This document shows, piece by piece, positions 1 through 10,700 of a stretch of 40,902 bases of DNA. Under the pieces are notes generated by a model, which saw only the letters and a program-made list of their open reading frames with translations, was not told the DNA's origin and searched no databases. This stretch comes from an uncultured Verrucomicrobiota bacterium (GTDB lineage: Bacteria; Auribacterota; JABMQX01; JAFGEW01). Positions within the stretch are counted from its first letter, which is position 1; each line of letters begins with the position of its first letter. The stretch lies in NCBI GenBank assembly GCA_964550015.1, contig CAZJXV010000003.1, forward strand, positions 1-40,902. The letters run 5' to 3'. The position numbers were made by a program, and so were the translations under genes.

Positions 1-1
1 C

Positions 2-331
2 TACTGCATGACGGGCGCCGTCCTCGCACGGACCTTCTTCCGGTCTATGGGCCCCAGCTACTCGTGGGCCATCGCGACGCTCGTCGCGGGGATTGCGTTT
101 GCGTTGCCCGTGGTCGGTTACATCCTGCAGGCTGAGGTTCGCCGCCACGGCCCCGGCGTGTGGTGCCTGGCCAATCCGATCATCTTGACCGGCGAGTTTC
201 TGGAGTACCGGTCACTCGGTCTGAGTTTCGTGGCGGTCTGGGCGGGGGCCGCGATCGTTTTGAACGCGTCGTGGTTCCGGGAGCGGCTCAAGGCGTTCCG
301 GCCGCCCAAGGCCACGGGAGGTGTGCGGTGA
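2..331 (+). CDS. Polytopic membrane protein, C-terminal fragment (5' end lies outside the window); paralogue of the next gene
   Basis: The frame is open to the window edge. The sequence is hydrophobic. The C-terminal block NPIILTGEFLEYRSLGLSFVAVWAGAAIVLNASWFRERLKAFRP parallels NPTLVFSGNEETRSLAFTFVSVWAGIVTLLSLPWFHRQVRSFRP at the end of the next CDS. Its TGA stop (329-331) overlaps the next GTG start (328). Confidence 0.6.
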   Translation, partial: YCMTGAVLARTFFRSMGPSYSWAIATLVAGIAFALPVVGYILQAEVRRHGPGVWCLANPIILTGEFLEYRSLGLSFVAVWAGAAIVLNASWFRERLKAFRPPKATGGVR

Positions 332-1833
332 AGGCGCTGACGGGGGTGCTCAGGAAGCTCGACGACTGGTGCAACCCGATTGCGGTCAAAGAGCTGCGGC
401 AGGCCGTCCAGGGTAGGTTCATTGCCGGCCTGCTCCTGCTGTTTCTTCTCGGTCAGCTTGTGACGATGGCCGCCATCCTTCTTACGCGCGACGAGTACGG
501 GTATGAGTACGAGGCCGGCCGCGACGTGTTTCTGATCTTGTTCGCGATCCTGATCGGCACGTGCTTGCTGTTCCTGCCGGCCTACACCGCCGTGCGTCTG
601 ATCATCGAACGCTCGCGGGCAAACGTTGATCTGTACTTCGTCACGGCGCTGCGGCCTCGAACCATCGTCTGGGGCAAGTTCCTGTCGGGCCTGGTTCTCG
701 CGGTCGTGATTTTCAGCGCGTTCATGCCCTTCCTGACCTTCACCTATCTGCTGCGAGGCATAGACCTGGGCGTCATCTTCTTCATGCTGGTCTACGGCTT
801 CATCGCCACTGCGTTTGCCATCCAACTCGCCGGCTTCCTCGCCTGCATTCCCGCGACCCGGTTGCTCAGGGCCCTGCTCGGGCTCGTCGGCCTCGGCATC
901 ATTGGCTGGATGACCTTGAATATTCTTCGAATGGCGTATGTCGTGCTGATGTGGGGTATGGAGTTCTCCGGTGACTTGAGGAGGCTGCTTGGCGCATTGA
1001 TCGTCACGCTCGTCGTCGTTTTGACGGCGATGGGCTATCTGTTCGTCTGGTCGGTCGCGCTGCTGAGCCCGCCCTCCGCCAACCGCGCGCTGCCCGTTCG
1101 TCTCTATATGTTCATCACGTGGCTCATCACGGGCGCCGGCGCGTTCATCTGGGGTCTTGCCGAGCACGATACCAGTCCCGTCGAGGCCTGGCTGGTGCTT
1201 GCGGTGATCATGTTTTGTGTTGCGTTGCTGACGGCCGTGAGTGAACGAGAGGCGCAAGGCCCGCGAGTTGCACGCCGGATTCCCCGGAGTCGCTGGCTGC
1301 GGGTGTTTGCATTCCTCTTCTACAGCGGCGCGGCGGGCGGCGTTCTGTGGGCCTGTCTGATGATTTGCCTGAGCCTCCTCGTCCTGCCGCTTTTCAACGC
1401 GATAACACTGCTCCGGTTCAGATCAACCACGCACGTGGCTGACATTGTCTCAGGGTCGGCCGGCCTGGCGTTGTATGTGTTCTGCTACGCCATGACGGCG
1501 TCGCTCATCCGGCGCGGTTTGTTTCGCAAGGCGACGCAGGGGCATACGTGGATCATCGCCGTGTTTCTTGCGGGGATCGCGTTCCTTGTGTCGGTGCTGA
1601 GGTTCATCCTTCATGCTGATCCCTGGGCGTACAGAGAGGTGTGGAACCTTGCGAATCCGACGCTCGTGTTCTCAGGTAACGAGGAGACCCGGTCGCTCGC
1701 ATTTACCTTTGTGAGCGTCTGGGCTGGGATCGTCACTCTGCTGAGCCTGCCGTGGTTCCACAGGCAGGTGAGGTCATTTCGTCCGCACGGAGGGGCGCCG
1801 GGTCCGCAGTCGCCGGCGTTGAGTCATGGATGA
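328..1833 (+). CDS. Polytopic membrane protein, ABC-2/NosY-type permease-like
   Basis: GTG 328 overlaps the upstream stop (GTGA). The N-terminus VKALTGVLRKLDDWCNPIAVKELRQAVQG resembles the NPIxxKE start of ABC-2 permeases. About 12 hydrophobic spans follow. The track start at 160 adds an Arg/Gly-rich extension that overlaps the upstream CDS. Confidence 0.6.
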   Translation: MKALTGVLRKLDDWCNPIAVKELRQAVQGRFIAGLLLLFLLGQLVTMAAILLTRDEYGYEYEAGRDVFLILFAILIGTCLLFLPAYTAVRLIIERSRANVDLYFVTALRPRTIVWGKFLSGLVLAVVIFSAFMPFLTFTYLLRGIDLGVIFFMLVYGFIATAFAIQLAGFLACIPATRLLRALLGLVGLGIIGWMTLNILRMAYVVLMWGMEFSGDLRRLLGALIVTLVVVLTAMGYLFVWSVALLSPPSANRALPVRLYMFITWLITGAGAFIWGLAEHDTSPVEAWLVLAVIMFCVALLTAVSEREAQGPRVARRIPRSRWLRVFAFLFYSGAAGGVLWACLMICLSLLVLPLFNAITLLRFRSTTHVADIVSGSAGLALYVFCYAMTASLIRRGLFRKATQGHTWIIAVFLAGIAFLVSVLRFILHADPWAYREVWNLANPTLVFSGNEETRSLAFTFVSVWAGIVTLLSLPWFHRQVRSFRPHGGAPGPQSPALSHG

Positions 1834-2698
1834 GGTCTATCGCCGACATCTGATCGAGGGCGAGCGCGCGGGGATGCGCTACGCGCTTTCGGTGCCGCAC
1901 CGCGTCCCGTCGGGTGTCTCGGGCGTGCAGATGAGCAACCGCTCAGGCAGCTCGCTCGAGTTCATGGACCACCGCGACTACCTGCCGGGCGACGATCTGA
2001 GGCGCATCGACTGGAGCGCGTTTGCCCGAAGCGACAAGCTGACGATCAAGCTGTACCGCGAGGAGGTGAGCCCGCACCTGGACATCGTGCTCGACGGTTC
2101 GCGCTCGATGGCGCTCGAGCAGAGCGCCAAGCCGCAGGCGCACCTCGGCCTCGCCGCGGTCTTCGCTACCGCGGCCGCGAACGCCGGCTACTCGCACTGT
2201 GCCTGGATTGCGGGGGCGGGGTGCGAGCGGGTCGGGAACGGCTCGGACGACCCGTCGGTCTGGGAGGGAATCGCGTTCGACTACACCGGCGACCCGGCCG
2301 AGTCGTTTGCCCGCCTGCCTCCGGCGTGGCGTCCGCGCGGGATTCGCGTGCTGCTGAGCGACCTGTTCTGGCTTGGGGATCCGATGCTGACGTTGTGGCA
2401 CCTGGCGGATCGCGCCGCGGCCGTCGTCGTCGTGCAGGTCGTCGCTCGGGCCGATGCGAGCCCGCCCGAACGCGGCAACATCCGGCTGGTGGACTCAGAG
2501 TCCGGCGAGGTGATGGAGCTGTTCCTCGATGCGTTGGCCGAACGGCGGTACCGCGAGGCGTTCACCCGGCATCAGCAGAACTGGCACCGCGCCGCCCGGC
2601 AAGCGGGGGCGGCGATGACAACGGTGACGGCCGAGGAGGTCGTCGGCGACTGGGACCTGGCTGACCTGGTCAGGGCCGAGATATTGAAGGTGGCATGA
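1826..2698 (+). CDS. DUF58 domain protein (MoxR/BatA-operon type)
   Basis: Carries the DUF58 signature LEFMDHRDYLPGDDLRRIDWSAFARSDKLTIKLYREE. The start overlaps the upstream stop by 8 nt and the stop overlaps the next start (ATGA). Confidence 0.85.
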   Translation: MDEVYRRHLIEGERAGMRYALSVPHRVPSGVSGVQMSNRSGSSLEFMDHRDYLPGDDLRRIDWSAFARSDKLTIKLYREEVSPHLDIVLDGSRSMALEQSAKPQAHLGLAAVFATAAANAGYSHCAWIAGAGCERVGNGSDDPSVWEGIAFDYTGDPAESFARLPPAWRPRGIRVLLSDLFWLGDPMLTLWHLADRAAAVVVVQVVARADASPPERGNIRLVDSESGEVMELFLDALAERRYREAFTRHQQNWHRAARQAGAAMTTVTAEEVVGDWDLADLVRAEILKVA

Positions 2699-4446
2699 TG
2701 CTTCCGTTCGCGCTCCCATTCGCCTTCGTTGCGTTCGTGGCCGTGCCGGTGCTCGCCGGGATCTACTGGCTGCGGAACAGGTTTCGACGCCACACGGTCT
2801 CCAGCCTGATTCTGTGGGCGAATCAGCGCCAGGCCCGGGAGGGCGGTTCCCGGCTTCGGCGCATTCAGACACCGCTTCTGTTCTTTCTCGAGCTGCTCGC
2901 CATCGCATTGATCGTGATTGCAGCTGCCAGGCCAATGGTTCAGAGCGAGCGGGCCGCGCGACCCCTCATCGTGGTGCTGGATGACTCGTTCTCGATGCTT
3001 GCAGGGGGGGCCGGCTCGCCCAGGAATTCCGCCATCGGCGCCATCAAGAAGGAGCTCCGCCGCCGCCTGCATTACTCGGTCCGGTTCGTCCTCGCGGGCC
3101 AAGCGCCCCAGGTGTTGGGCGAGCCGGTGAAGAGGCCGAGCGAAGCGGACGCGCTGCTCAGGGAGTGGAGATGCCGTTCGCCTTCCGACTGCCTCGATCA
3201 GGCGGTGACGTTTGCGGCCGAGCTCGGAGGACGCAGGGCCCGGATCCTCGTGGTGACTGATCGTGCGCCTTCGGCTGAGCTCGGCGAGAACAAGGTCAAG
3301 TGGTGGGCGTTCGGGACGCCGCGACCGAATGTCGCGTTCGTGAGTGCTGCGCGGACGTCTCTCAACATGAAGGAACGATGTCTCCTGGAGATCGCCAATC
3401 TGTCGTCTCAGCCGGCACGAACCACGCTCACGCTGGCGGGAGCAGCTTCCGCGGGCCCTTCGGGCGAGGCGCGTCTTGATCTCAAGCCGGGCGAGACGCG
3501 CAGGATGTTGTTCGAGTTCGACGAGCAACCATCAGCGCTGCGCGCCCGGATTGGCGACGACGTGCTTCGGATTGACAATAGCATTGTCCTGTTGCCGCAG
3601 ACGCGGCGGCCGGTCCGGGCGCAGGTGCGGATCGGCGACGCCGGCCTTCGCGCGATCATCGAAAAAGGTCTCGCCGCGACCGGGCAAACCGAGATCGTCA
3701 CTACGCGCCCGGAGCTGATTCTGACAGACGGCGAGGGGTTCCGGGCCGCCCATGCGCGGACGTGGGTCGTCCAGGTGCTGGTGGAGAAGGACGCTGAGGC
3801 CTACGCCGGTCCGTTTGTCATCGATCGGACCCATCCCCTGACGGAAGGGCTGTCGCTCGAAGGCGTTGTCTGGGGCGCCGGGAAGGCGGGCGACCTCGAC
3901 GGTTTGCCCGTTATCAGCGCCGGGAGCACACCGCTGCTCACGGACACCGAAGGCGTCGCCGGGAGCCATTATCTGCGGATGCGTCTCCGAGCAGACCTGT
4001 CGATCCTGGCGGAGACGCCCAGTTGGCCCATTCTGATGTGGAACCTGGTTGAGTGGCGTCGCTCCGAAGCCCCGGGGGTACAACACGCGAACGTGCGACT
4101 GGGCACGGAGGCAGTTGTGACAGCCGAGTCGGACGCGGAATCGGCCCGGATCACCACCCCCGACGGCGGGACGCACGACGTGCTTCTGCACGGGAAGCGC
4201 GTGGCGGTGAGGGCGGAGGCTGTCGGCGTTTACCAAGTCCGCGTGAACGACGGTACCTACCACTTCGCGTCGAACGCGCTGAGCCGGGGCGAGTCCGATC
4301 TCGCCCGCTGCGCTTCCGTCCGACTCGGCAAGTGGGTCGGGGGGGCCGCCCTGCGGAGGGAGTACAGAAGCGTGGCGTGGGTGTTTCTGTTGGCTGCATT
4401 GGGATCGCTGGCCGCTCATGCGGCGATCGCGGCTCGTCGAGCCTAA
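2695..4446 (+). CDS. BatA-like protein with N-terminal double-transmembrane domain and C-terminal TM anchor
   Basis: The N-terminus MMLPFALPFAFVAFVAVPVLAGIYWLRNRFRRH...LLFFLELLAIALIVIAAARP has the typical aerotolerance/BatA double-TM shape. It is followed by LIVVLDDSFSM (VWA-like MIDAS remnant). A C-terminal hydrophobic helix (VAWVFLLAALGSLAAHAAIA) is present. Confidence 0.7.
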   Translation: MMLPFALPFAFVAFVAVPVLAGIYWLRNRFRRHTVSSLILWANQRQAREGGSRLRRIQTPLLFFLELLAIALIVIAAARPMVQSERAARPLIVVLDDSFSMLAGGAGSPRNSAIGAIKKELRRRLHYSVRFVLAGQAPQVLGEPVKRPSEADALLREWRCRSPSDCLDQAVTFAAELGGRRARILVVTDRAPSAELGENKVKWWAFGTPRPNVAFVSAARTSLNMKERCLLEIANLSSQPARTTLTLAGAASAGPSGEARLDLKPGETRRMLFEFDEQPSALRARIGDDVLRIDNSIVLLPQTRRPVRAQVRIGDAGLRAIIEKGLAATGQTEIVTTRPELILTDGEGFRAAHARTWVVQVLVEKDAEAYAGPFVIDRTHPLTEGLSLEGVVWGAGKAGDLDGLPVISAGSTPLLTDTEGVAGSHYLRMRLRADLSILAETPSWPILMWNLVEWRRSEAPGVQHANVRLGTEAVVTAESDAESARITTPDGGTHDVLLHGKRVAVRAEAVGVYQVRVNDGTYHFASNALSRGESDLARCASVRLGKWVGGAALRREYRSVAWVFLLAALGSLAAHAAIAARRA

Positions 4447-4452
4447 AGGAGA

Positions 4453-7272
4453 ATGAACAGGCATACAGGCATGGTGCTGTTTCATCCATTTTGGCTGGTG
4501 TTGGTCATTCCTCTGGCCGTTGGCCTGTGGATCTGGCCGTTGTCCTCCCGCCTGCTGCAAGTTCTGAGGGCCGCGGCGCTGTGCCTGATACTGCTCGCGC
4601 TCTGCGGGCTGGCCGTAAGGCTCCCGGGCCGCGCGGGCACGGTGGTCGTGGTCGCGGACCGAAGCTACTCCATGCCGCCGGACAGCGACGCGGCGGAAAA
4701 GGAGGCCATCGGCCTCATCCAAGGCGCCATGGCGGGAGATGAGCGTGTTGGGGTCGTCGCCTTCGGGGAGCGCTCGGTGATAGAACGGCCTCCTCAGCGA
4801 GGCAAGTTCGCCGGCTTTGTGACTGAGGTCGGGCGCGACGGGTCAAACCTGGGCGCGGCTATCGAGAAGGCCGTCGCCCTCATCCCACGGGACGGCTCCG
4901 GACGAATCGTTCTGCTCTCCGACGGCCGATGGACCGGTCGGGACCCGGCGCTTTCGGCATCGCGGGCGGCCGCCAGGGACATACCTATAGACTACCGGCT
5001 GCTGCAGCGAGCGTCGGCGAACGACGTGGCCGTCTCGAGGGTGGATGTGCCGACGGCGGTCACGCCGGGCGAATCGTTCACGATCTCGGCATGGATTCGG
5101 TCGCCGATTCCCCAGGAGATTTCCTTTGAGCTCAAGCGAGGACGCAGGCTGCTTGCGGCCGGGACCAGGACGGTTCCGTCGGGCATCAGCCTATTGCTCT
5201 TCCGCGACACGGCGGAGACGCCCGGCACGTGCCAATACACGCTGAGCGTTCTGGGCGGTCAGAAGGATCCGGTGCCCGAAAACAACACGGCGAAGGTCCT
5301 GCTCGGGATCAAGGGCCCGCGTCCGCTGCTCTGCGTGACTGGCTCGCAGCCGCGTGGCCTTGCGCGCCTGCTCGAAGCGGGGGGAATGACAATCGTCGCG
5401 CAGTCGCCAGGCGAGTGCCACTGGACCCTCGAGGGGATCTCCAACTTCTCCGCCGTGCTGATCGAGAACGTGCCGGCCGAAAAGGTCGGCGTGCGCGGGA
5501 TGGAGACGCTCGCGGCGTGGGTGAAGGAGACGGGTGCCGGCCTCATGATGACCGGGGGGAGGAACGCGTACGGGCCCGGGGGGTATTTCCGCTCGCCGCT
5601 CGAGCCCGTCATGCCGATCTCGATGGAGCTTCGGCGCGAACACCGCAAGCTCGCTCTGGCCATCGTCGTGGCGATGGACCGGTCCGGCAGCATGGCTATG
5701 CCCGTTCGAGGGTCCAGGACGAAGATGGATCTCGCGAACCTCGCCGCGGCGCAGGTTCTCGATCTGCTCAACTCGATGGACGAGTTCGGCGTCGTCGCCG
5801 TCGACAGCTCAGCACACATCATCGCCAAGCTGGCCCCGGTCGAGAACAAGGCGGGTCTCAGACACAAGATTCTGCGCGTCGAGTCAATGGGCGGCGGCAT
5901 ATTCATCTACGAGGCGCTGTCGGCCTCTGCGCGCATGCTGGTCTCCGCCCAGGCGGGAACCCGCCACATTATTCTTTTTGCCGACGCGGCAGACTCGGAA
6001 GAGCCGGGGGCATACAGGAAGCTCATTGAGAAATGCCGGGCGGCCAACACGACCGTGAGCGTGATCGGGCTCGGGACAGCTTCAGACGTTGATGCCGGAC
6101 TGCTTCGTGACATCGCGAGTCGAGGCGGCGGGCGCTGCTTTTTCACTACCAATCCCGAGGAGCTTCCCCGCCTGTTCGCGCAGGATACGTTTGTGGTGGC
6201 GCGAAGCGCCTTTCTCGACGAGGAGACGCCCGTTCGGACCACCGGCGGCCTGGTTGCGTTGACCGGCAGAACGTTCAGCCCCCCGCTGCCCGTGGGCGGG
6301 TACAACCTGTGCTATCTGCGCCGCGGCGCCAACCTCGCCGTCGTCACAACCGATGAGTACAAGGCGCCCATCGTGGCGGCGTGGCAGGCGGGGCTTGGAC
6401 GCGTGCTCTGCTACACGGCGGAGGCCGACGGCGAGTACACGGGCCCCATCGCGGGCTGGCAGGACATGGGGAGGTTGCTCACAAGCATGGCCCGCTGGGT
6501 GTCCGGTGCGTTCGGAACTCTGCCTCAGGATATGCTGGTGACGCAGGAGCTGAAGGGCGGGACGTGTGTCGTGCAGCTCCACCTCGATCCCGAAAGGGAA
6601 GGGGAAGCGCTTGCAGAGCTGCCGAGGGTGACGACGCTGCGCGGTGTCCCCGGCACGCCGCCGGCCGTGCAGAAGACGACCATGCAGTGGATGTCGGCCG
6701 ACGAGCTTGCAGTCGAGATCCCTCTGCGCGGCAGCGAGACGGTGCTCTCGGCCGTGGAGGTGCCCGGCGTGGGCAAGGTCTCGCTCGCGCCCGTATGCCT
6801 GCCGTACTCGCCGGAGTTCAAGCCGATCGAAGCCGGGGCAGGTGTCTTGACGATCGAGCGTCTCGCTCGGGCCACCGGGGGAAGCGAACGGGTCGATCTT
6901 GCGGGCATATGGAAGGAGCTGCCCAGGCAGCCCCGGATGGTGGGACTCGGCCACTGGCTCCTTGTTGCCGCACTTGTGGTATTGCTTCTCGAAGTGCTCG
7001 AACGCCGCACCGGTTTCCTCACCGTGCGCCGACGTCCGGCCCGGCGGAAACGGGATGAGGAAGAGAAAGACGTGCGCCGCGCACGGCGCCGGCCGGTCCG
7101 AGCGCCCCGTGCACGACGCAGGCCGACGGCGACGCGGGCGCCGACGCCGGCGCCGACACAACCCGCCAAGGAAAGAGAGAGCCCTGTTCCCGCCGGCAAG
7201 GAGGAAGGACCGGGCATGGTTGACGCGTTACGCCGAGCGCAACGTCGGGCAAGAAAGCGGACGCGACGGTGA
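4453..7272 (+). CDS. Membrane-anchored protein with two VWA domains, a DUF1355/GATase1-like domain, a C-terminal TM helix and an Arg-rich tail
   Basis: A strong RBS (AAGGAG) sits 5 nt upstream. The N-terminus has two TM helices. VWA motifs are VVVADRSYSM and IVVAMDRSGSM. A LIENVP...LMMTGGRNAYGPGGY block is present. The late TM helix is LGHWLLVAALVVLLLEVL. Confidence 0.75.
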   Translation: MNRHTGMVLFHPFWLVLVIPLAVGLWIWPLSSRLLQVLRAAALCLILLALCGLAVRLPGRAGTVVVVADRSYSMPPDSDAAEKEAIGLIQGAMAGDERVGVVAFGERSVIERPPQRGKFAGFVTEVGRDGSNLGAAIEKAVALIPRDGSGRIVLLSDGRWTGRDPALSASRAAARDIPIDYRLLQRASANDVAVSRVDVPTAVTPGESFTISAWIRSPIPQEISFELKRGRRLLAAGTRTVPSGISLLLFRDTAETPGTCQYTLSVLGGQKDPVPENNTAKVLLGIKGPRPLLCVTGSQPRGLARLLEAGGMTIVAQSPGECHWTLEGISNFSAVLIENVPAEKVGVRGMETLAAWVKETGAGLMMTGGRNAYGPGGYFRSPLEPVMPISMELRREHRKLALAIVVAMDRSGSMAMPVRGSRTKMDLANLAAAQVLDLLNSMDEFGVVAVDSSAHIIAKLAPVENKAGLRHKILRVESMGGGIFIYEALSASARMLVSAQAGTRHIILFADAADSEEPGAYRKLIEKCRAANTTVSVIGLGTASDVDAGLLRDIASRGGGRCFFTTNPEELPRLFAQDTFVVARSAFLDEETPVRTTGGLVALTGRTFSPPLPVGGYNLCYLRRGANLAVVTTDEYKAPIVAAWQAGLGRVLCYTAEADGEYTGPIAGWQDMGRLLTSMARWVSGAFGTLPQDMLVTQELKGGTCVVQLHLDPEREGEALAELPRVTTLRGVPGTPPAVQKTTMQWMSADELAVEIPLRGSETVLSAVEVPGVGKVSLAPVCLPYSPEFKPIEAGAGVLTIERLARATGGSERVDLAGIWKELPRQPRMVGLGHWLLVAALVVLLLEVLERRTGFLTVRRRPARRKRDEEEKDVRRARRRPVRAPRARRRPTATRAPTPAPTQPAKERESPVPAGKEEGPGMVDALRRAQRRARKRTRR

Positions 7273-7542
7273 AGCCGCGGCACGTTGGTGCAGCCGACAC
7301 CGATACTCGCCTGCCATCAGAATGGGCGGTCCAACGAGGGTGCCCGGCAGCCGACGGAGACAATCAGAGCGTACGCCCCAACATGGCGCAGAGGGTGGGA
7401 TTCAATCGGGCAGGCTCGCCGGCAATTGTCATGGCAGCCCTGGTGATCGGAGCGAGGCCCGCGATGGTGATACCGCATGTGGCGGCCCGGATTCGAGCGC
7501 CGATAGATCAGTCTTCGGGGCATTTCTCCTAGCAGAATCCCC

Positions 7543-7571
7543 TTGACTTCCCACGTCCACCGTGGTAAACT
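7543..7571 (+). promoter_or_regulatory. Candidate sigma70-type promoter (TTGACT-17 nt-TAAACT) upstream of the giant beta-helix gene
   Basis: TTGACT is at 7543-7548, followed by a 17-nt spacer and TAAACT at 7566-7571. It lies in a 440-bp non-coding gap, about 140 nt upstream of ATG 7713. Confidence 0.4.
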
Positions 7572-7712
7572 AACTCCCTGGGAATGTGTAAGGGTTTGTC
7601 TGTGCTTTTTTCGGGGGGCGCAGGAGGCAGTGGCCCCTGCGCGCACACCCACCGATGCTGCACGGCCAGGCTCGCATCAGGACCCCGTTACCAGCGAGGA
7701 GAGGACGAACTG

Positions 7713-10700
7713 ATGAAGCTGCACGCGTTTCTTTGCACACTGAGTCTCACGGCGATGATTCTGTCCGCGCCGGCTGTGGCGGGCACGATCTACGTCGACG
7801 ACGATAACACCGGTGGCCCGTGGGACGGCTCGGAGGCGAACCCGTACCAGTACATCCAGGACGGGATCACGAACGCCAGCCCAGGCGATACCGTCATCGT
7901 CAAGGACGGCACGTACACCGGCGCCGGCAACAAGGACCTTGATTTCGGCGGCAAGGCGATCACGCTGCAAAGCGAGAACGGCGCCGACGTCACGATCATC
8001 GATTGCGAAGGCGCAGGCCGCGGCTTTCATTTCCAGTCGGGAGAGACCGCAGCGGCCATTGTTGATGGGTTCACGATTCGCAACGGCAGTGTCACCGGTG
8101 GAGGTGGCGGAGCCATCCGCTGCGAGAACCTTTCCAGCCCCACGATCACCAACTGCGTGATCGCCGAGAATTCAGCGGATTGGGCTGCCGGAATCTACTG
8201 CGGTGACGGAAACCCAACGATTTCCAACTGTGTCATAACCGGCAACAAGGCAGCGGGTAGCGGAGGGGGAATCTACTGCGGCGGCGGCCACACGGTCATC
8301 ACCGGGTGCACGATCAGCAACAACATAACCGCCACCCATGGCGGCGGCATCAAGTGCATGTTCGGTGACAACGCAACGATAAGCGACTGCGTCATCAGCG
8401 GCAACGGTGCAAGAGATAACTTCGGCGGCGGTGGGGTTTTCCTTTATTCTGCGGGCCTCGTCACAATCGAGGACTGTACGTTCCACGACAACTGGACATA
8501 CGGGGCCGGAGGTGCGGTGCGGTGCGCGTACACGGACGCGATAATCACCGGCTGCCGTGTCGAGAACAACAGGGCCGGCTCGTACGGTGGCGGGATCGAT
8601 CTGTACGGCGGTGATGCAGCCGTCACGAACTGCATTATCAAGAGCAACGTTGCGGCGAAGGGTGCCGGCGGCATCCAGTGTGCGCTACCTGACAGCCCGA
8701 CGATCACCAATTGCACGATCACGGACAACCGCGCGCCCGCGAACGGGGGCGGCATATTCTGCGACGACAACAACAGCCCCACGATCACCAACAGCATCAT
8801 CTACGGCAATACCGGCGGCGAACTTGTTGTTGATTCTGCGACGCCGACGGTGACCTACTGCGACGTTCAAGGCGGCTGGCCAGGCACGGGCAACATCGAC
8901 GCCGACCCGATGCTGTCGGCCGACGGCCATCTCCGGACCGGCTCCCCGTGCAATGGCACAGGCACCGCCGTGGCGGCACCCGCTGACGATATTGACGGCG
9001 AGGCCCGGCCATATCCGCCGGCCGGGGCCGTCGACATGGGCGCCGACGAGTTCGTGGACACCGACACGGACGGGATGCCCGATTGGTATGAGGACACATA
9101 CGGCCTGCTCAAGGGCGACCCATCCGATGCCGGTCTCGACAAGGACGGCGATACGTTCACGAACCTGGCCGAGTACGAGGAACACGGCACCAACCCGGAC
9201 GAGGCGGACACGGATGGCGACGGGCGCGACGACGGTCAGGAACTCACCGACGGCACGAATCCGCTTCATCCTGACAACGCGGCAATGACCTACTACGTGA
9301 ACGGCGCTACGGGAAGTGACACGTACGACGGCATGGCGGCAGCGTGGGACGGCACCCATGGGCCGAAGGCGACGATCCAGGCCGGCATCAACGCTACCGC
9401 TCCCGGCTTGCCCTACACCGTGTTCGTCGCTGATGGGACGTACACGGGCATCGGCAACAGGGACATGAATTTTCGCGGCCGGGCGATTACTGTTCGATCC
9501 GAAAACGGCGCATCCGCCTGCATCATTGATTGCGAGAATGCGGGAGGCGGCTTCGCTTTTCGTCTTGCCGAGGGGCTCGATTCCGTTCTCGACGGGTTCA
9601 CGATTACCAACGGGATTGGTTTCTGGACGGGCCTCCAAGGCGACGACACGCACAACGGCGGTGCTGTCTTCTGCCGCCGCAGCAGCCCGACGATTCAGGA
9701 TTGCACGATCACAGGGAACTCGACTGAGAGCGAGGGCGGCGGCATTTGGTGCTACCAAAGCAGCCCGTCGATCATCGACTGCACGATATCCGACAATGTC
9801 GCGCTCCCGCCCTACGCAGAGGGCGGCGGGATCTTCTGCTTCGCTGAAAGCAGCCCCACGATCACCCGATGCACTATTAGCGGCAATACGAGCGCCAAGA
9901 GTGGCGGTGGCATATACTGCAGATTCTCTTGTAGCCCGGTCATCAGCGACTGCGTTATCGCCGACAACTCGACAGGGTATAACGGCGGCGCCATCCTTCT
10001 TGACGAGGACAGTGCGCCGATTATGACCAACTGCATGATCCTCGGGAACACGGCCAGTCAGCGCGGCGGCGGCATGGCCTGCTACGGCTCAGCGCCAACC
10101 CTGGCCAACTGCACCGTCGCGTACAACGACGCGGGTACCGCGGGCAGCGCGATTACATGTGGCTCGTCTGGAGACAGGCCGACGCTCACAAATTGCATTG
10201 TCTGGGGTGATATGACTCAACAGGTGTCCGGCGGGCCCATCGTTGCCTACTGCAACATCAAGGGCGGCACGGGCGAGGTGTGGTTCGATCCGGTGACATG
10301 CATCGAGGCTGACCCGCTCCTTGGTCCTGAAGGCCTGCTTCGGAGCGGGTCGCCGTGCATCGACTGGTGCCCCAGCGGCCCGGCGCAAGACGTCGAGGGC
10401 GATGCGCGGCCAGTGGATATTCCGGGCGTCGGCTACGACGACCCGCCGGATGCGCGCACCTACGACATCGGGGCCGACGAGTTCGTCGACACGGACGGCG
10501 ACGGCTTGCCCGACTGGTGGGAGCAGGAGCACTTCGGCTCGCCGCTCGCGGCCGACGCTGGAGGCGACGAGGACTTCGACGGCCTGACCAACCTGGGGGA
10601 GTGCCAGCACGGGGCCAATCCATGGGTTCCGGATACCGACGGAGACGGCCGAAATGACGGCCAGGAGGTCGCGGAGGGCACGAACCCGGTCCATCCGGAC

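Noticed and set aside
160-327. Track start at 160 for the second membrane protein
   Set aside because: The 56-aa extension (MVPGQSDHLDRRVSG...) is Arg/Gly-rich and non-hydrophobic, and it fully overlaps the 3' end of the upstream paralogue. GTG 328 gives a GTGA stop-start overlap and a permease-like N-terminus.
118-1257. 379-aa minus-strand ORF (and similar: 3532..4722 -, 6082..7161 -, 6525..7283 -)
   Set aside because: They lie antisense to hydrophobic or domain-bearing + strand genes. Their translations are Arg/Pro/Gly/His-rich low-complexity sequence with no motifs, which is the typical shadow ORF of high-GC DNA.
7584-7712. Track start at 7584 for the giant beta-helix protein
   Set aside because: The extension (MCKGLSVLFSGGAGGSGPCAHTHRCC...) has no signal-peptide character. 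ATG 7713 has a purine-rich RBS and is followed at once by a classic signal peptide.
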